34,635 nt of DNA from Octopus sinensis (Eukaryota): contig NW_021831721.1 of NCBI RefSeq assembly GCF_006345805.1, positions 1 through 34,635 on the forward strand. Reading direction: 5' to 3'. Each line of letters starts with the position of its first letter. Within the stretch, counting starts at the first letter, position 1. The translations under genes were made by a program, and so were the position numbers. This document shows, one piece after another, positions 20,913 through 32,243 of this stretch. A model generated the notes under the pieces. That model was not told the origin of the DNA and did not search any database. It saw nothing but the letters and a program-made list of their open reading frames with translations.

Positions 20913-21288
20913 CTCTTTTTACTCTTTTATTCTCTTTTACTTGTTTCAGTCATTTGACTGCAGCCATGCTGGAGCACCACCTTTAGTCGAGCAAATCAAC
21001 CCCGGGACTTATTCTTTGTAAGCCCAGTACTTATTCTATAGGTCTCTTTTGCCGAACCGCTAGGTGACGGGGACATAAACACACCAGCATCGGTTGTCAA
21101 TCAATGCTAGGGGGACAAACGCAGACACACAAACACACACACACATACATATATATATATACATATATACGACAGGCTTCTTTCAGTTTCCGTCTACCAA
21201 ATCCACTCACAAGGCATTGGTCGGCCCGGGGCTATAGCAAAAGACACTTGGTTAGCAAGCTACTTACCACACAGCCACTCCTGCGCCT
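20913..21288 (-). mobile_element. SINE family A with internal deletion in the head
   Basis: GACACTT joined directly to GGTTAGCAAGC, so the B-box region is missing. Confidence 0.88.
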
Positions 21289-21536
21289 ATTATATATAAG
21301 AAAGAAAAGAAATGTAAGAACCACAGAAAGTTTGTATAATAAAATTTATGGTGACATTAGGAACATATTACATCATTACAAATTAAATAAGTACCGGTTT
21401 CACAACCAACGATTGTCAACTTATACAGAGAAAACTTTTTTGCTGTCAATAGGACACCAACTTTGAAAAAAAGCAAACAGAAACGAAACAATATGTACAC
21501 ACACACACACACACACACACACAATTATATTTAAAA

Positions 21537-21938
21537 CTAGCAGTATCGCCCGGCATTGCTCGGGTTTGTAAGGGAAATAACTACATAAGCATTTTTAGAG
21601 AGTTATAGCCAAATAATAGCAAAAAAATGCATTAAAAATGGAAAAAAAATGATGTTAAATTTTGTTTTAAATCGTTGACTCATCGTAGACATTTTTAGAG
21701 AGTTACTTCCCTTATATAATAGCGAAAATATGCATTAAAAATGGGAAAAAATGATGGTAAATTTTTTTTTAAATCGTAGACTCATCGTAGACGTGCGCTA
21801 ATACCCAGAAGGGCTTGATATGAATCATGACTATAAGATACCCGGTTTTGGTTAAACTGCACTGCAAAATGTGGGAGTAGTTAGGAATCTAAATCGTAGG
21901 AGACAGACAGCACACAACCTCTCTTTTATATATAAAGA
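21537..21938 (-). mobile_element. Non-autonomous Helitron, complete termini
   Basis: Minus strand A|TCTTTATATATAAAAG ... CCCGAGCAATGCCGGG hairpin, CGATACTG, CTAG|T; no TSD; internal ~100-bp direct duplication (21590-21790). Confidence 0.85.
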
Positions 21939-22339
21939 TTACTTATCTGCTTTTACTCCCTTCAGGTTGTAGAATGCATGTGCAGAAGACAAAAGGCTCC
22001 ATCCAGTGCCATATATGGGATCGCAGAATTAGACCAATGTAATCAGACCACTTTCTTCCATTTTCTGAATAGATAGAAACTAAATTTCATTTAGAGAATA
22101 TTAATGAAAACAAATAGCCTACAACATGATTTTTGTTTTAAACTACATATTTATGAAGAAGGCAGTAAGAATGAAAGCAAATAAAGAAGAAAGGAATTGT
22201 CCGATTCTTAATTTTCATAATGGTTTATATATTTATTTTCTTCCTATTTTTCAATGTCTGAAACAAAAGCCAATTTCAATATTTTGATTAATTAAATGTT
22301 CAGACACACACTCATGCACACACACACATATGTATGGGA

Positions 22340-22625
22340 GAATATTCCAATACATACATACATACATACATACAGGCATATATACATACATACATACATA
22401 CGTACATACATACAGTCACACATACATACATACATACATGCATACATACATACAGGCATACATACATACATACATACATACATACATACATACATACAGG
22501 CATATATACATACATACATACATATATACATACATACGTACATACATACAGTCACACATACATACATACATACATGCATACATACATACAGGCATACATA
22601 CATGCATACATACATACATACATAT

Positions 22626-22656
<31 letters not shown>

Positions 22657-23075
22657 CATACATACATACATACACACATACATATATACATACATACATA
22701 CATACATACATACATACACACATACATACATACATACATACACAACATACATATACATACATACATACATATATACATACAACATACTACATACATATAC
22801 ATACATTACATACAGGCATACATACATACATACATATACAACATACATACACACATACATACATACATACATACATACATACATACATACATACATACAT
22901 ACATACACACATACATATATACATACACACATACATACATACATACATACATACATACAGGCATACATACATACATACATACATACATACATACATACAT
23001 ACATACATACATACATACATACAAACATTCATACATACAAACATACATACATATATACATACATACAAACAAACA
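22340..23075. repeat. Long (TACA)n compound microsatellite with an internal ~105-bp higher-order duplication
   Basis: Read directly; source of the 265-290 aa HTYI ORFs. Confidence 0.95.
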
Positions 23076-23106
23076 AACAAACGTACAAAGGCATATGTAT
23101 ATTTTA

Positions 23107-23319
23107 TCTTTTACTTGTTTCAGCCACTTGACTTCAGCCATGCTGGAGCACCGCCTTTAGTTGATTGAGCAATTCGACCCCGGGACTTATTCTTTTGTAA
23201 GCCCAGTACTTATTCTATCGGTCTCTTTTGCCGAACCGCTAAGTGACGGGAACGTAAACAACCAGCATCGGTTGTCAAGCAATGCTAGAGGGACAAACAT
23301 AGACACACAAACACACAAC

Positions 23320-23350
<31 letters not shown>

Positions 23351-23597
23351 CACTATATACATATACACATATATATACATATATATATATATATATATTA
23401 TATAATATCTATATATATACCCCTAACACACATATACAACAGGCTTCCTTTCAGTTTCCATCTACAAATCAACTCACAAGGCATGGTCGGCCCGGGGCTA
23501 TAGCAGAAGACACTTGCCCAAGATGCCACGCAGTGGGACTGAACCCGGAACCAGTAGTTGGTAAGCAAGCTACTTACCACACAGCCACTCCTGCGCC
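23107..23597 (-). mobile_element. SINE family A with expanded internal (TA)n
   Basis: Tail, body and head recognisable. Confidence 0.88.
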
Positions 23598-23726
23598 TAT
23601 ATATAGGCAAATAGTGTGAAGTCTATTTGCTGAAGTACTGAGGATCAGCACATGTGAAACAAAATGAATTCAAAATTAAAAGCAATTCTGATAATGGAAA
23701 CATTACCGGTTGCACACACATGGTAG

Positions 23727-23764
<38 letters not shown>

Positions 23765-24136
23765 TGTGTACAGTGCTCAGGTGCACTACAACTCATCTAA
23801 AGTGTATATATAATCAGGTGTAGTTTTGGCGGATTTCGGAAAGCATGAGGGCCTTAAAGGATGCAGTGTCATGGCAGTCAACAACTGACGCAGGCAGTTT
23901 GTTCCATGCTTCAGCATCTCTGAGCGTGAAAAAATGTTTCCGAAAGTCATGGGAGCTGTGTTGTTTCCTGACTTTGTAGGCATGTCCACGTGTGTTGGAC
24001 ACATGGAGATCAAAAAGTGTTCCGTGTTGTTGTTGGTGAGGTGGTTGATAACTTTGTGGGTGTTTACCAAGTCCATCGCCAGATGTCGGAGCTTCAGTGA
24101 ATCCATGCCCAGGGAAACAAGGCGCTCAGAATATGG
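23727..24136 (-). mobile_element. CR1-type LINE 3' end
   Basis: Near-identical to 18431-18840; begins at PYSERL; (ATT)n tail. Confidence 0.9.
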
Positions 24137-24520
24137 CGCTTTGTTTATATGCCAATTTGCAAATTCACATATAAACAAAATGGTTCAATTTGTTTTGAGA
24201 TGAAGCAAGTAAACAGTATTGAAGAGCTTTAACAATAGTGAAATATCGATATCTATCATTCTCAGACACCTCAGGCGAATTGTCTCACCTGTCCGGAACA
24301 TTCAGTGTTCTTTAACACTCAGCATCATGTACGGAGTTTTCCCAGGATGTTTTCTGCATCAGCCAAATTGTATAACGATGGAATTAAGCTTCTGGCACAA
24401 TGATGAGAAGAGACAATAGAATATAATGGGATATATCTTGATGAACAAATACTTTTTGTATGTAATACGTTTGAATTATTCATTAAAGTGTGAAATGCAA
24501 AAAACACTTGGTTCCACTTG

Positions 24521-24568
<48 letters not shown>

Positions 24569-24632
24569 TCTTTTTCTTTTACTTGTTTCAGTCATTTGAC
24601 TGTGGCCATGCTGGAGCACCGCCTTTAGTCGA
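24569..24632 (-). mobile_element. SINE family A tail fragment
   Basis: CTTTTACTTGTTTCAGTCATTTGACTGTGGCCATGCTGGAGCACCGCCTTTAGTCGA only. Confidence 0.8.
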
Positions 24633-24946
24633 TCAAAAGAAAAAGGGATACATGTACAATTTAAAACATGTTGATTCAGCTCCATACAACTTACTCGGGC
24701 TTCTAACAGAAACCCATCATTTCCAGGCTTTGATTAACTGAATGGAAAAACAAAAGAAGTCCAAGATGGCTACAAGAAAATAGGCTGCTATAGGTCAAGG
24801 CAGGTCACGTGGTGTTGCCAGAGTAAGATTAGCATGTCTCCATTTGATAATCTAAGCCTGAAGGAGACAGGTTTCTCTGAGAGGCCGGTGAATCTTTAAG
24901 TCGCCTGGAGCACAATAAAACTGTTTTAAATAATGTATTATATATA

Positions 24947-25264
24947 TACATATAATACTTAAGTAGTTGAATGAATTATCCTAGTATGGATAATTCGGTT
25001 AACCGATACCCGGGTAGCAAATTCACGTCAGAAAACACGGTTGAAGCTACATGCCAAGGGCAGAGATCACGTGCTTTCGTGTGGAAATTTGTGTTTTTTT
25101 TACTTATAGTTAAGTTCCTTGTCTTTCCTGATGAGAAGGCGGCATAATGCACCCTTTATTCCTTTGGAATTAGGAATATGCAGTCTTCGAAACATATGTC
25201 GAAAATAAAGGAATTTTGTTAAATCGTCGTTCGACTCCATTCTTTCATTTACATATAATACTTA
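24947..25264 (+). mobile_element. ~303-bp hammerhead-containing unit (family P3) with 15-bp terminal direct repeat
   Basis: TACATATAATACTTA at 24947-24961 and 25250-25264; second copy at 70-330; contains a canonical hammerhead. Confidence 0.72.
25115..25213 (+). ncRNA. Type I hammerhead ribozyme, canonical core
   Basis: CUGAUGA 25128-25134; stem II GAAGGC/GTCTTC extended by TGCA/TGCA and TATTCCT/AGGAATA; GAAA 25189-25192; palindromic stem III ACATATGT; GUC site after 25200; stem I TTTC/GAAA plus TTCCTT/AAGGAA. Confidence 0.85.
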
Positions 25265-25347
25265 TGTACATATAGGATTGGCCAAAAGTCACCTGACAAT
25301 AAATCAAAACTATTTAGTTCCAAGATTTCTTTATGGTACTTTAAACT

Positions 25348-25428
25348 CTTCGCCCGGTCTGAGATTCGAATCCACGATCCCTCGACCGTGTGTCCGCTGT
25401 TCTAACCACTAGGCCATGTGCCTCCACT
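25348..25428 (-). mobile_element. tRNA-like head of a family D-related SINE
   Basis: Minus strand GGAGGCACATGGCCTAGTGGTTAGAACAGCGGAC...GGATTCGAATCTC; homologous to 18140-18217. Confidence 0.75.
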
Positions 25429-25429
25429 A

Positions 25430-25610
25430 GCCAGATTCATGGGCCCGGTTTCCCGGTTTCAATGGCGTATGTGTTCCCTAGTGAGACGGGACGCCAGTCC
25501 ATTGCAGCGTTACTCATTTTTGCCAGCTGAGTGGACTGGAATCAATGGGAAATAAAGTGCTTTGCTCAAGAACACAATGCGTCGCCCGGTCCAGGAATTG
25601 AAACCAAAAA
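25430..25610 (-). mobile_element. SINE family E fragment (from B-box onward)
   Basis: Minus strand GGTTTCAATTCCTGG...GTGTTCTTGAGCAAAGCACTT...TGCAATGGACTGGCGTCCCGTC, resembling CORE/V-type SINE central motifs. Confidence 0.6.
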
Positions 25611-25625
25611 CTGTAAATATATATA

Positions 25626-26650
25626 CTCTTTTCTCTTTTACTCTTTTACTTGTTTCAGTCATTTGACTGTGGCCATGCTGGAGCACCGCCTTTAGTCGAG
25701 CAAATCGACCCTGGGACTTATTCTTCGTAAGCCCAGTACTTATTCTATCGGTCTCTTTTGCCGAACCGCTAAGTAACGGGGACATAAACACACCAGCATC
25801 GGTTGTCAAGCAATGCTAGGGGGACAAACACAGACACACAAACATATACATACACATACACATATATATACATATATACGACAGGCATGCTGGCAGACTC
25901 GTTAGTGCGCCGGGCGAAATGCTTAGCGGTATTTCGTCTGTCGTTATGTTCTGAGTTCAAATTCCGCTGAGGTCGACTTTACCTTTCATCCTTTCGGGGT
26001 CGATAAATAAAGTACCAGTTACACACTGGGGTCGATGTAATCGACTTAATCCCTTTGTCTGTCCTTGTTTGTCCATTCTATGTTTAGCCCCTTGTGGGCA
26101 ATAAAGAAATATATATACGACAGGCTTCTTTCAGTTTCCGTCTACCAAATCCACTCACAAGGCTTTGGTCGGCCCGAGGCTATAGTAGAAGACACCTGCC
26201 CAAGGTGCCATGCAGTGGGACTTGACCCGGAACCATGTGGTTAGTAAGCAAGCTACTTACCACACAGCCACTCCTGCGCCTATATATTATATATATATAT
26301 ATACATATATACGACAGGCTTCTTTCAGTTTCCGTCTACCAAATCCGCTCACAAGGCTTGGTCGGCCCGAGGCTATAGCAGAAGACACTTGCCCAAGATG
26401 CCACGCAGTGGGACTGAACCCGGAACCATGTGGTTAGTAAGCAAGCTACTTACCAACACACTCCTCCCTCCGCCTATATATATATATATATATATATACA
26501 TATATACGACAGGCTTCTTTCAGTTTCCGCTACCAAATCCGCTCACAAGGCTTTGTCGGCCCGAGGCTATAGCAGAAACACTTGCCCAAGATGCCACGCA
26601 GTGGGACTGAACCCGGAACCATGTGGTCGGTTAGCAAGCTACTTACCACA
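25626..26650 (-). mobile_element. SINE family A with nested SINE B and three tandem head halves
   Basis: Tail half 25626-25886; heads at ~26126-26280, 26311-26472 and 26506-26650 separated by (TA)n. Confidence 0.88.
25887..26110 (+). mobile_element. SINE family B nested in SINE A, 15-bp TSD
   Basis: ATATATACGACAGGC at 25872-25886 and 26111-26125. Confidence 0.9.
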
Positions 26651-26980
26651 CTCATTCCAACATTTAATTCAGATATAAATAATAATATGAAGCAAAGACA
26701 TGCACAGTGTTACCGTCATATACATACATTGACTAAGTTACTCTCACACACACTCACACTCATTTACACTTGAATTTGCATAAAGGCAGGTGCCAAATTG
26801 AACATTTTCTGCTGAGAGGCACATAAAACCTCATTATGCAAACATGCTTACTTTTCACAAGACTAATGTGTTTAGCAGGAAATGATAGATCTTACATGGC
26901 ATTTGAAATTATTCAAATATGCTGTGGAGATTGAGTGATTAATTAAGAGGGACAGAATGATTTCTGCTTTGTCTCATACG

Positions 26981-28165
26981 GGATCTTTTCCTTTTGAACG
27001 GCAGTTTTTAGCATAATTTCTAGGTAACTAAACACTTTTAAACTTCGTATACTGGTAGAATTGTTTTTATAAAACATCTTTTTCTCTTGGCTTTATTGAG
27101 AAAATTCTATAGTTTGTAAGATATGGATCTTTTCGTTTTTGAACGGCAGTTTTATAACATAATTTCTAGGTAACTAAACACTTTTAAACTTCGTATACTG
27201 GTAGAATGTGTTTATAAAACATCTTTTCTCTTGCTTTATTGAGAAAATTCTATAGTTTTGTAAGATATGGATCTTTTCGGTTTGAACGGCAGTTTTTAAC
27301 ATAATTTCTTGGTAACTAAACACTTTTAAACTTCGTATACTGGTAGAATGTGTTTATAAAACATCTTTTTCTCTTGGCTTTATTGAGAAAATTCTATAGT
27401 TTGTAAGATATTTGTTGTTTTTTTCTTCAATTTCAACCAATCAATGACCGTCTATTGAACCAATCAATGACCGTCTATTGAACGGCAGTTTTTAACATAA
27501 TTTCTAGGTAACTAAAAAATCTTAAACTTCGTATACTAGTAGAATGTGTTTAATAAAACATCTTTTTCTCTTGGCTTTCCTGAGAAAATTCTATAGTTTG
27601 TAAGATATGGATCTTTTCGGTTTGAACGGCAGTTTTTAACATAATTTCTAGGTAACTAAAAAATGTTAAACTTCGTATACTGGTAGAATGTTTTATAAAA
27701 CATCTTTTTCTCTTGGCTTTATGAGAAAATTCTATAGTTTGTAAGATATGGATCTTTTCGGTTTGAACAGCAGTTTTTAACATAATTTCTAGGTAACTAA
27801 AAAATGTTAAACTTCGTATCCTGGTAGAATGTGTTTATGAAACGTCTTTTTCTCTTGGCTTTATTGAGAAAATTCTATGGTTTGTAAGATATTTGTTGTT
27901 GTTTTTCTTCAATTTCTGCAATTTCAACCAATCACTCACGTCTATTGAGGTAAAAAACATTCTGTGCCGTATGAGTATGTCCCTCGTTTAAGAAACAGAT
28001 TGGGTTTATTTACATTTGTGAAGAAAAAAGATACCCTTCCCCCCACCCCTAATCTTAACCCTAAAACAGATTGAAATGCAATAGATTGATATTAGGGTCA
28101 TAATTATGGGTGACAATTTCATATGACACCGCTAGAAAAATCTGCCGTTCAAACCTAAAAGATCC
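26981..28165. mobile_element. MITE with ~30-bp TIRs and an amplified terminal ~143-bp array
   Basis: Left TIR units at 26981, 27125, 27269, ~27478 (partial), 27609 and 27750; right TIR AAAAATCTGCCGTTCAAACCTAAAAGATCC at 28136-28165; degenerate CCCTAA-like motifs near 28045-28063. Confidence 0.85.
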
Positions 28166-28202
28166 TAAATTTCTACCCAACTTGCCAGTTACTTGCAGCA
28201 CC

Positions 28203-28617
28203 TATTTCTTTACTACCCAGAAGGGGCTAAACCCAGAGAGGACAAACAAGGACGGACAAACGGATTAAATCAATTACATCGACCCCAGTGCATAACTGGT
28301 ACTTAATTTATCGACCCCAAAGGGATGAAAGGCAAAGTCGACCTCGGCGGAATTTGAACTCAGAACGTAACGGCAGACGAAATACCTATTTCTTTATTAC
28401 CCACAAGGGGCTAAACACAGAGGGGACAAACAAGGACAGACATAGGTATTAAGTCGATTACATCGACCCCAGTGCGTAACTGGTACTTAATTTATCGACC
28501 CCGAAAGGATGAAAGGCAAAGTCGACCTCGGCGGAATTTGAACTCAGAACGTAGCGGCAGACGAAATACTGTTAAGCATTTCCACCAGTGTGCTAGTGTT
28601 TCTGCCAGCTCACTGCC
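28203..28617 (-). mobile_element. Head-to-tail dimer of SINE family B
   Basis: Two ~180-bp bodies joined at GAAATAC/CTATTTC; flanked by TTGCAGCACC (28193-28202) and TTGCAACACC (28618-28627). Confidence 0.88.
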
Positions 28618-28830
28618 TTGCAACACCAGTGAATTGTTAACCACTGTTTTTTCCATGTCAGTAGAGTCTTAAATTTGTCTCAGTACGTAACTGTTTGTGG
28701 ATACTTGCTACTCAAGACACTCAAAGAAGCAGAAATTTAGATTTTGCAATTCCACTGCCAATCAAGGATTCCTTTTTGTCTGCTACTGATATACTTCTAT
28801 GTTTTTTTAGCACTATATAGTTACTGTATA

Positions 28831-29470
28831 GCATGGCTGAGTGGTAAGAAGTATACTTCCCAACCACATGGTTCCAGGTTCAATCTCCCTGTGTGTGACA
28901 CCATTAGCAAGTGTCTTTTACTATTGCTTCAGGCTGACTAAAGCCTTGTGAGTGGATTTGGTAGACAGAAACTAAAAGGCGGCGAGCTGGCAGAAACGTT
29001 AGCACGCCGGACGAAATGCTCAGCGGTATTTCGTCTGCCGTTACGTTGCGAGTTCAAATTCCGCCAAGGTCGACTTTGCCTTTCATCCTTTCGAGGTCGA
29101 TAAATTAAGTCCCAGTTATGCACTGGGGTCGATGTAATCGACTTAATCCCTTTGTCTGTCCTTGTTTGTCCCCTCTGTGTTTAGCCCCTTGTGGGTAGTA
29201 AAGAAATAAGAAACTAAAAGAAGCCTGTAATATGTATACATGTGTGCGTGTGTGTGTGTGTGCATGCATGTGTGTGTATGCATGTGTGTGCGTATGTGTG
29301 TGTGTGTCTGTGTGTCCCCCACCACTGCTTGGCAAATGGTGTTAGTGTTTTCATCCCCACGACCTAGTTGTTCAGCAAAAGATACCGATAGAATAAGTAC
29401 AGGGCTTACACAAATATTAAGTCCTGGGGTCGATTCGTTTGACTAAAATTCTTCAAGGTTGTACCCCAGT
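28831..29470 (+). mobile_element. Diverged SINE family A-related copy with nested SINE B, 3' end cut by CR1
   Basis: Head AGCATGGCTGAGTGGTAAG...GGTTCAATCTCC; body resumes at 29221. Confidence 0.8.
28979..29208 (+). mobile_element. SINE family B, full length, 12-bp TSD
   Basis: AGAAACTAAAAG at 28967-28978 and 29209-29220. Confidence 0.9.
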
Positions 29471-29995
29471 GACGTGCAAGCAAAAGAATACCCTCCATCA
29501 GGCATTTGCCATATCCTGAACGCCTTACTTCCCTGGGAATGGACACATTGAAACTCCGACGTCTGGCAGCTGACTTGGCAGACACCCATAAAATTATCAA
29601 CCATCATACAAACAATAACTCTGAGCACCTTTTCAAACTCCACCCGTCTAACACCCGTGGACATATTTACAAAGTCAGAAAACAGCACAGCTCCCATGAC
29701 TTCAGGAAACATTTTTTCACACTAAGAGTTGCTGAAGCATGGAACAAACTGCCGGCATCAGTTGTTAGTTGTCGGAGCACAGCATCCTTCAAAACTTCCA
29801 TGCTTCCTGAGATTCGCCAACACTACACTTGATTTTCTCCCCTCCATACACACACAAGCATGTATCTGACTCATACATTGTTCGCTTTCCAGACATTTCT
29901 ACATTACTGCATGTACTTTATATGCACTTTCTGACAAGTTGTGGTGCACCTGAGCACTGTATACAATAATTTCATTATTATTATTATTATTATTA
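29470..29995 (+). mobile_element. CR1-type LINE 3' end (second subfamily, longer 3' UTR, (TTA)n tail)
   Basis: KRIPSIRHLPYPERLTSLGMDTLKLRRL...TRGHIYKVRKQHSSHDFRKHFFTLRVAEAWNKLP; ends GTGCACCTGAGCACTGTATACAAT plus (TTA)n like the other two. Confidence 0.9.
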
Positions 29996-30623
29996 AAAAA
30001 ATGAAGGATATGTCCATGTGAGATACCTTCTTGTGACAAATATCACAATATCTGTGTTAAGTAGGAAATAATGTCTACCATTCTGCTTCTATAGCTAACA
30101 ACAAAATTTTGTTCACTATTTGTTTAATCTTGGTATAAATTAAATTATTACACATTATTTGGTTCTGACAATGAAGATTTCAACTTTGGAAATGATGCAG
30201 ATATTTTCAACAACAGTAAAATTATAATTCTATATTGAATCGTAATCCATTTGACATTTATTATTTTAAACATAGAGGTCACACTCAAAAATAATAAAGA
30301 AAAATTACTAACTAATTTGGGTCTTGATATTTAAAATGTTATTGGCAATTTTTTTACTGCACCAACAAAAAAAGCTTTTATAAATATATATAATTGTTCT
30401 ATTGGAAACATTTGTTTGTCTTTTTTCCATAAATTCGTTTGAAATTAATAAAAGGAATTATATTTTTTTCTGCTTCTTTTATAATAACAATACACTTTAT
30501 ATTAAATAAACATAATAATGCAAAAGATTACGAAACATGAATCATTAAAAATCACTATCTTAAAGACTGTTTTAAAAAGTAACAAATTTAATACATTGTA
30601 TAGAATGGCAAAGGCAGAAGCAT

Positions 30624-31107
<484 letters not shown>

Positions 31108-32075
31108 TACTTTGGTAATTTTCTTCTTACTGCACCAGTTTTGATGAAGCTTATAGAATTAGATTCCTTTCATTGAGGTCTTTTATTTGAGTATAAACAG
31201 AATAAAAATTATGAAGACATAAGAAAACTATACTGCTTAAAATTTGGAATAGTGTTTTCTATTTTTGAACACAAATTTCTTAGTAATTTTGTATTTTCTT
31301 TCCTCAACTAATTTTCTGCTCTATCTTAAACTGCTTCAGAGCTCTGGCACTTTTTAAAGAAACTACTTGCATTTAATTTTGGTCAATAACAGAATTAGCT
31401 AGAGGCCATAGAATTGTCTGCAAAATAGCAAATGCTGACCTTAAGAATATTATTTCACAACTGCCAGAGGGGGTTGATTATATATATCTACACACACAAA
31501 CACAAAAGTAATATTTACATGCTTTTATATGTACACAAATATATCTATCAATCTATCTATTAATGTATCTATCTATCTATCTATTCATTCATCCATGCTC
31601 TGATGGCCGGATAACTGAAGAGATGGCAGCATGGATTTTCACCCTGGCATCCAAAACTCAGTGTTTTATCATGGCTACCGAATAATTGTCACATATTACA
31701 TTTACAGATAAATTCCTCTATTTACATAATATCAAGGTCTCTTTCATTCTTTGTTGTCTTACCATTTTTATCAATATATATATATAATATAATATATATC
31801 TATATATATATATATATATATATTCTATCGGTCTCTTTTGCCAAACCGCAAAGTTACAGGGACATAACACACCAGCTTTAGTTGTCAAGCGATATTAGGG
31901 TGGATAAACACAGACACACAAACATACACACAGAGACTTATATATATATATATATATATGTGTGTATATATATGTATAACGGGAAGGTTTACGAAAATAA
32001 ACAAAAGACGAAGGCAGGTGGAGTACAAACAAACAATTGTATTAGTATGGCGCTCAGGAATAGAAATAGAACAAG

Positions 32076-32113
32076 TCTTCTACGTTTCGAGCCTACGCTC
32101 TTCAACAGAAAGA
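32076..32113 (-). ncRNA. Minimal hammerhead-like motif, CUGUUGA core
   Basis: Same as 8335-8372, with one U.G pair in stem I. Confidence 0.55.
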
Positions 32114-32205
32114 TACACAGAAAAGAAACAAGGAGAGAAAAAAATTGTGTGCAGGGGCTAACGATCCAATGCAATTTTTTTCTCTCCTTGTTTCTTTTCT
32201 GTGTA

Positions 32206-32243
32206 TCTTTCTGTTGAAGAGCGTAGGCTCGAAACGTAAAAGA
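32206..32243 (+). ncRNA. Minimal hammerhead-like motif, CUGUUGA core
   Basis: TCTTT-CTGTTGA-A-GAGC(gtag)GCTC-GAAA-CG-TA-AAAGA. Confidence 0.6.

Noticed and set aside
22292-23168. ORFs of 265-290 aa (HTYI repeats)
   Set aside because: Translations of the (TACA)n microsatellite.
24300-24400. Minus-strand AG...GTGAGA exon-like segment
   Set aside because: Stops in all three frames between the putative splice sites; no other support.
28045-28063. CCCTAA-like telomeric motifs
   Set aside because: Only two or three degenerate units inside a MITE body; not an interstitial telomere array.
31595-31665. CTGATGG...ATCCAAAACTCAG, a possible decayed hammerhead
   Set aside because: Both core halves are mismatched and no stem I or palindromic helix III can be built.
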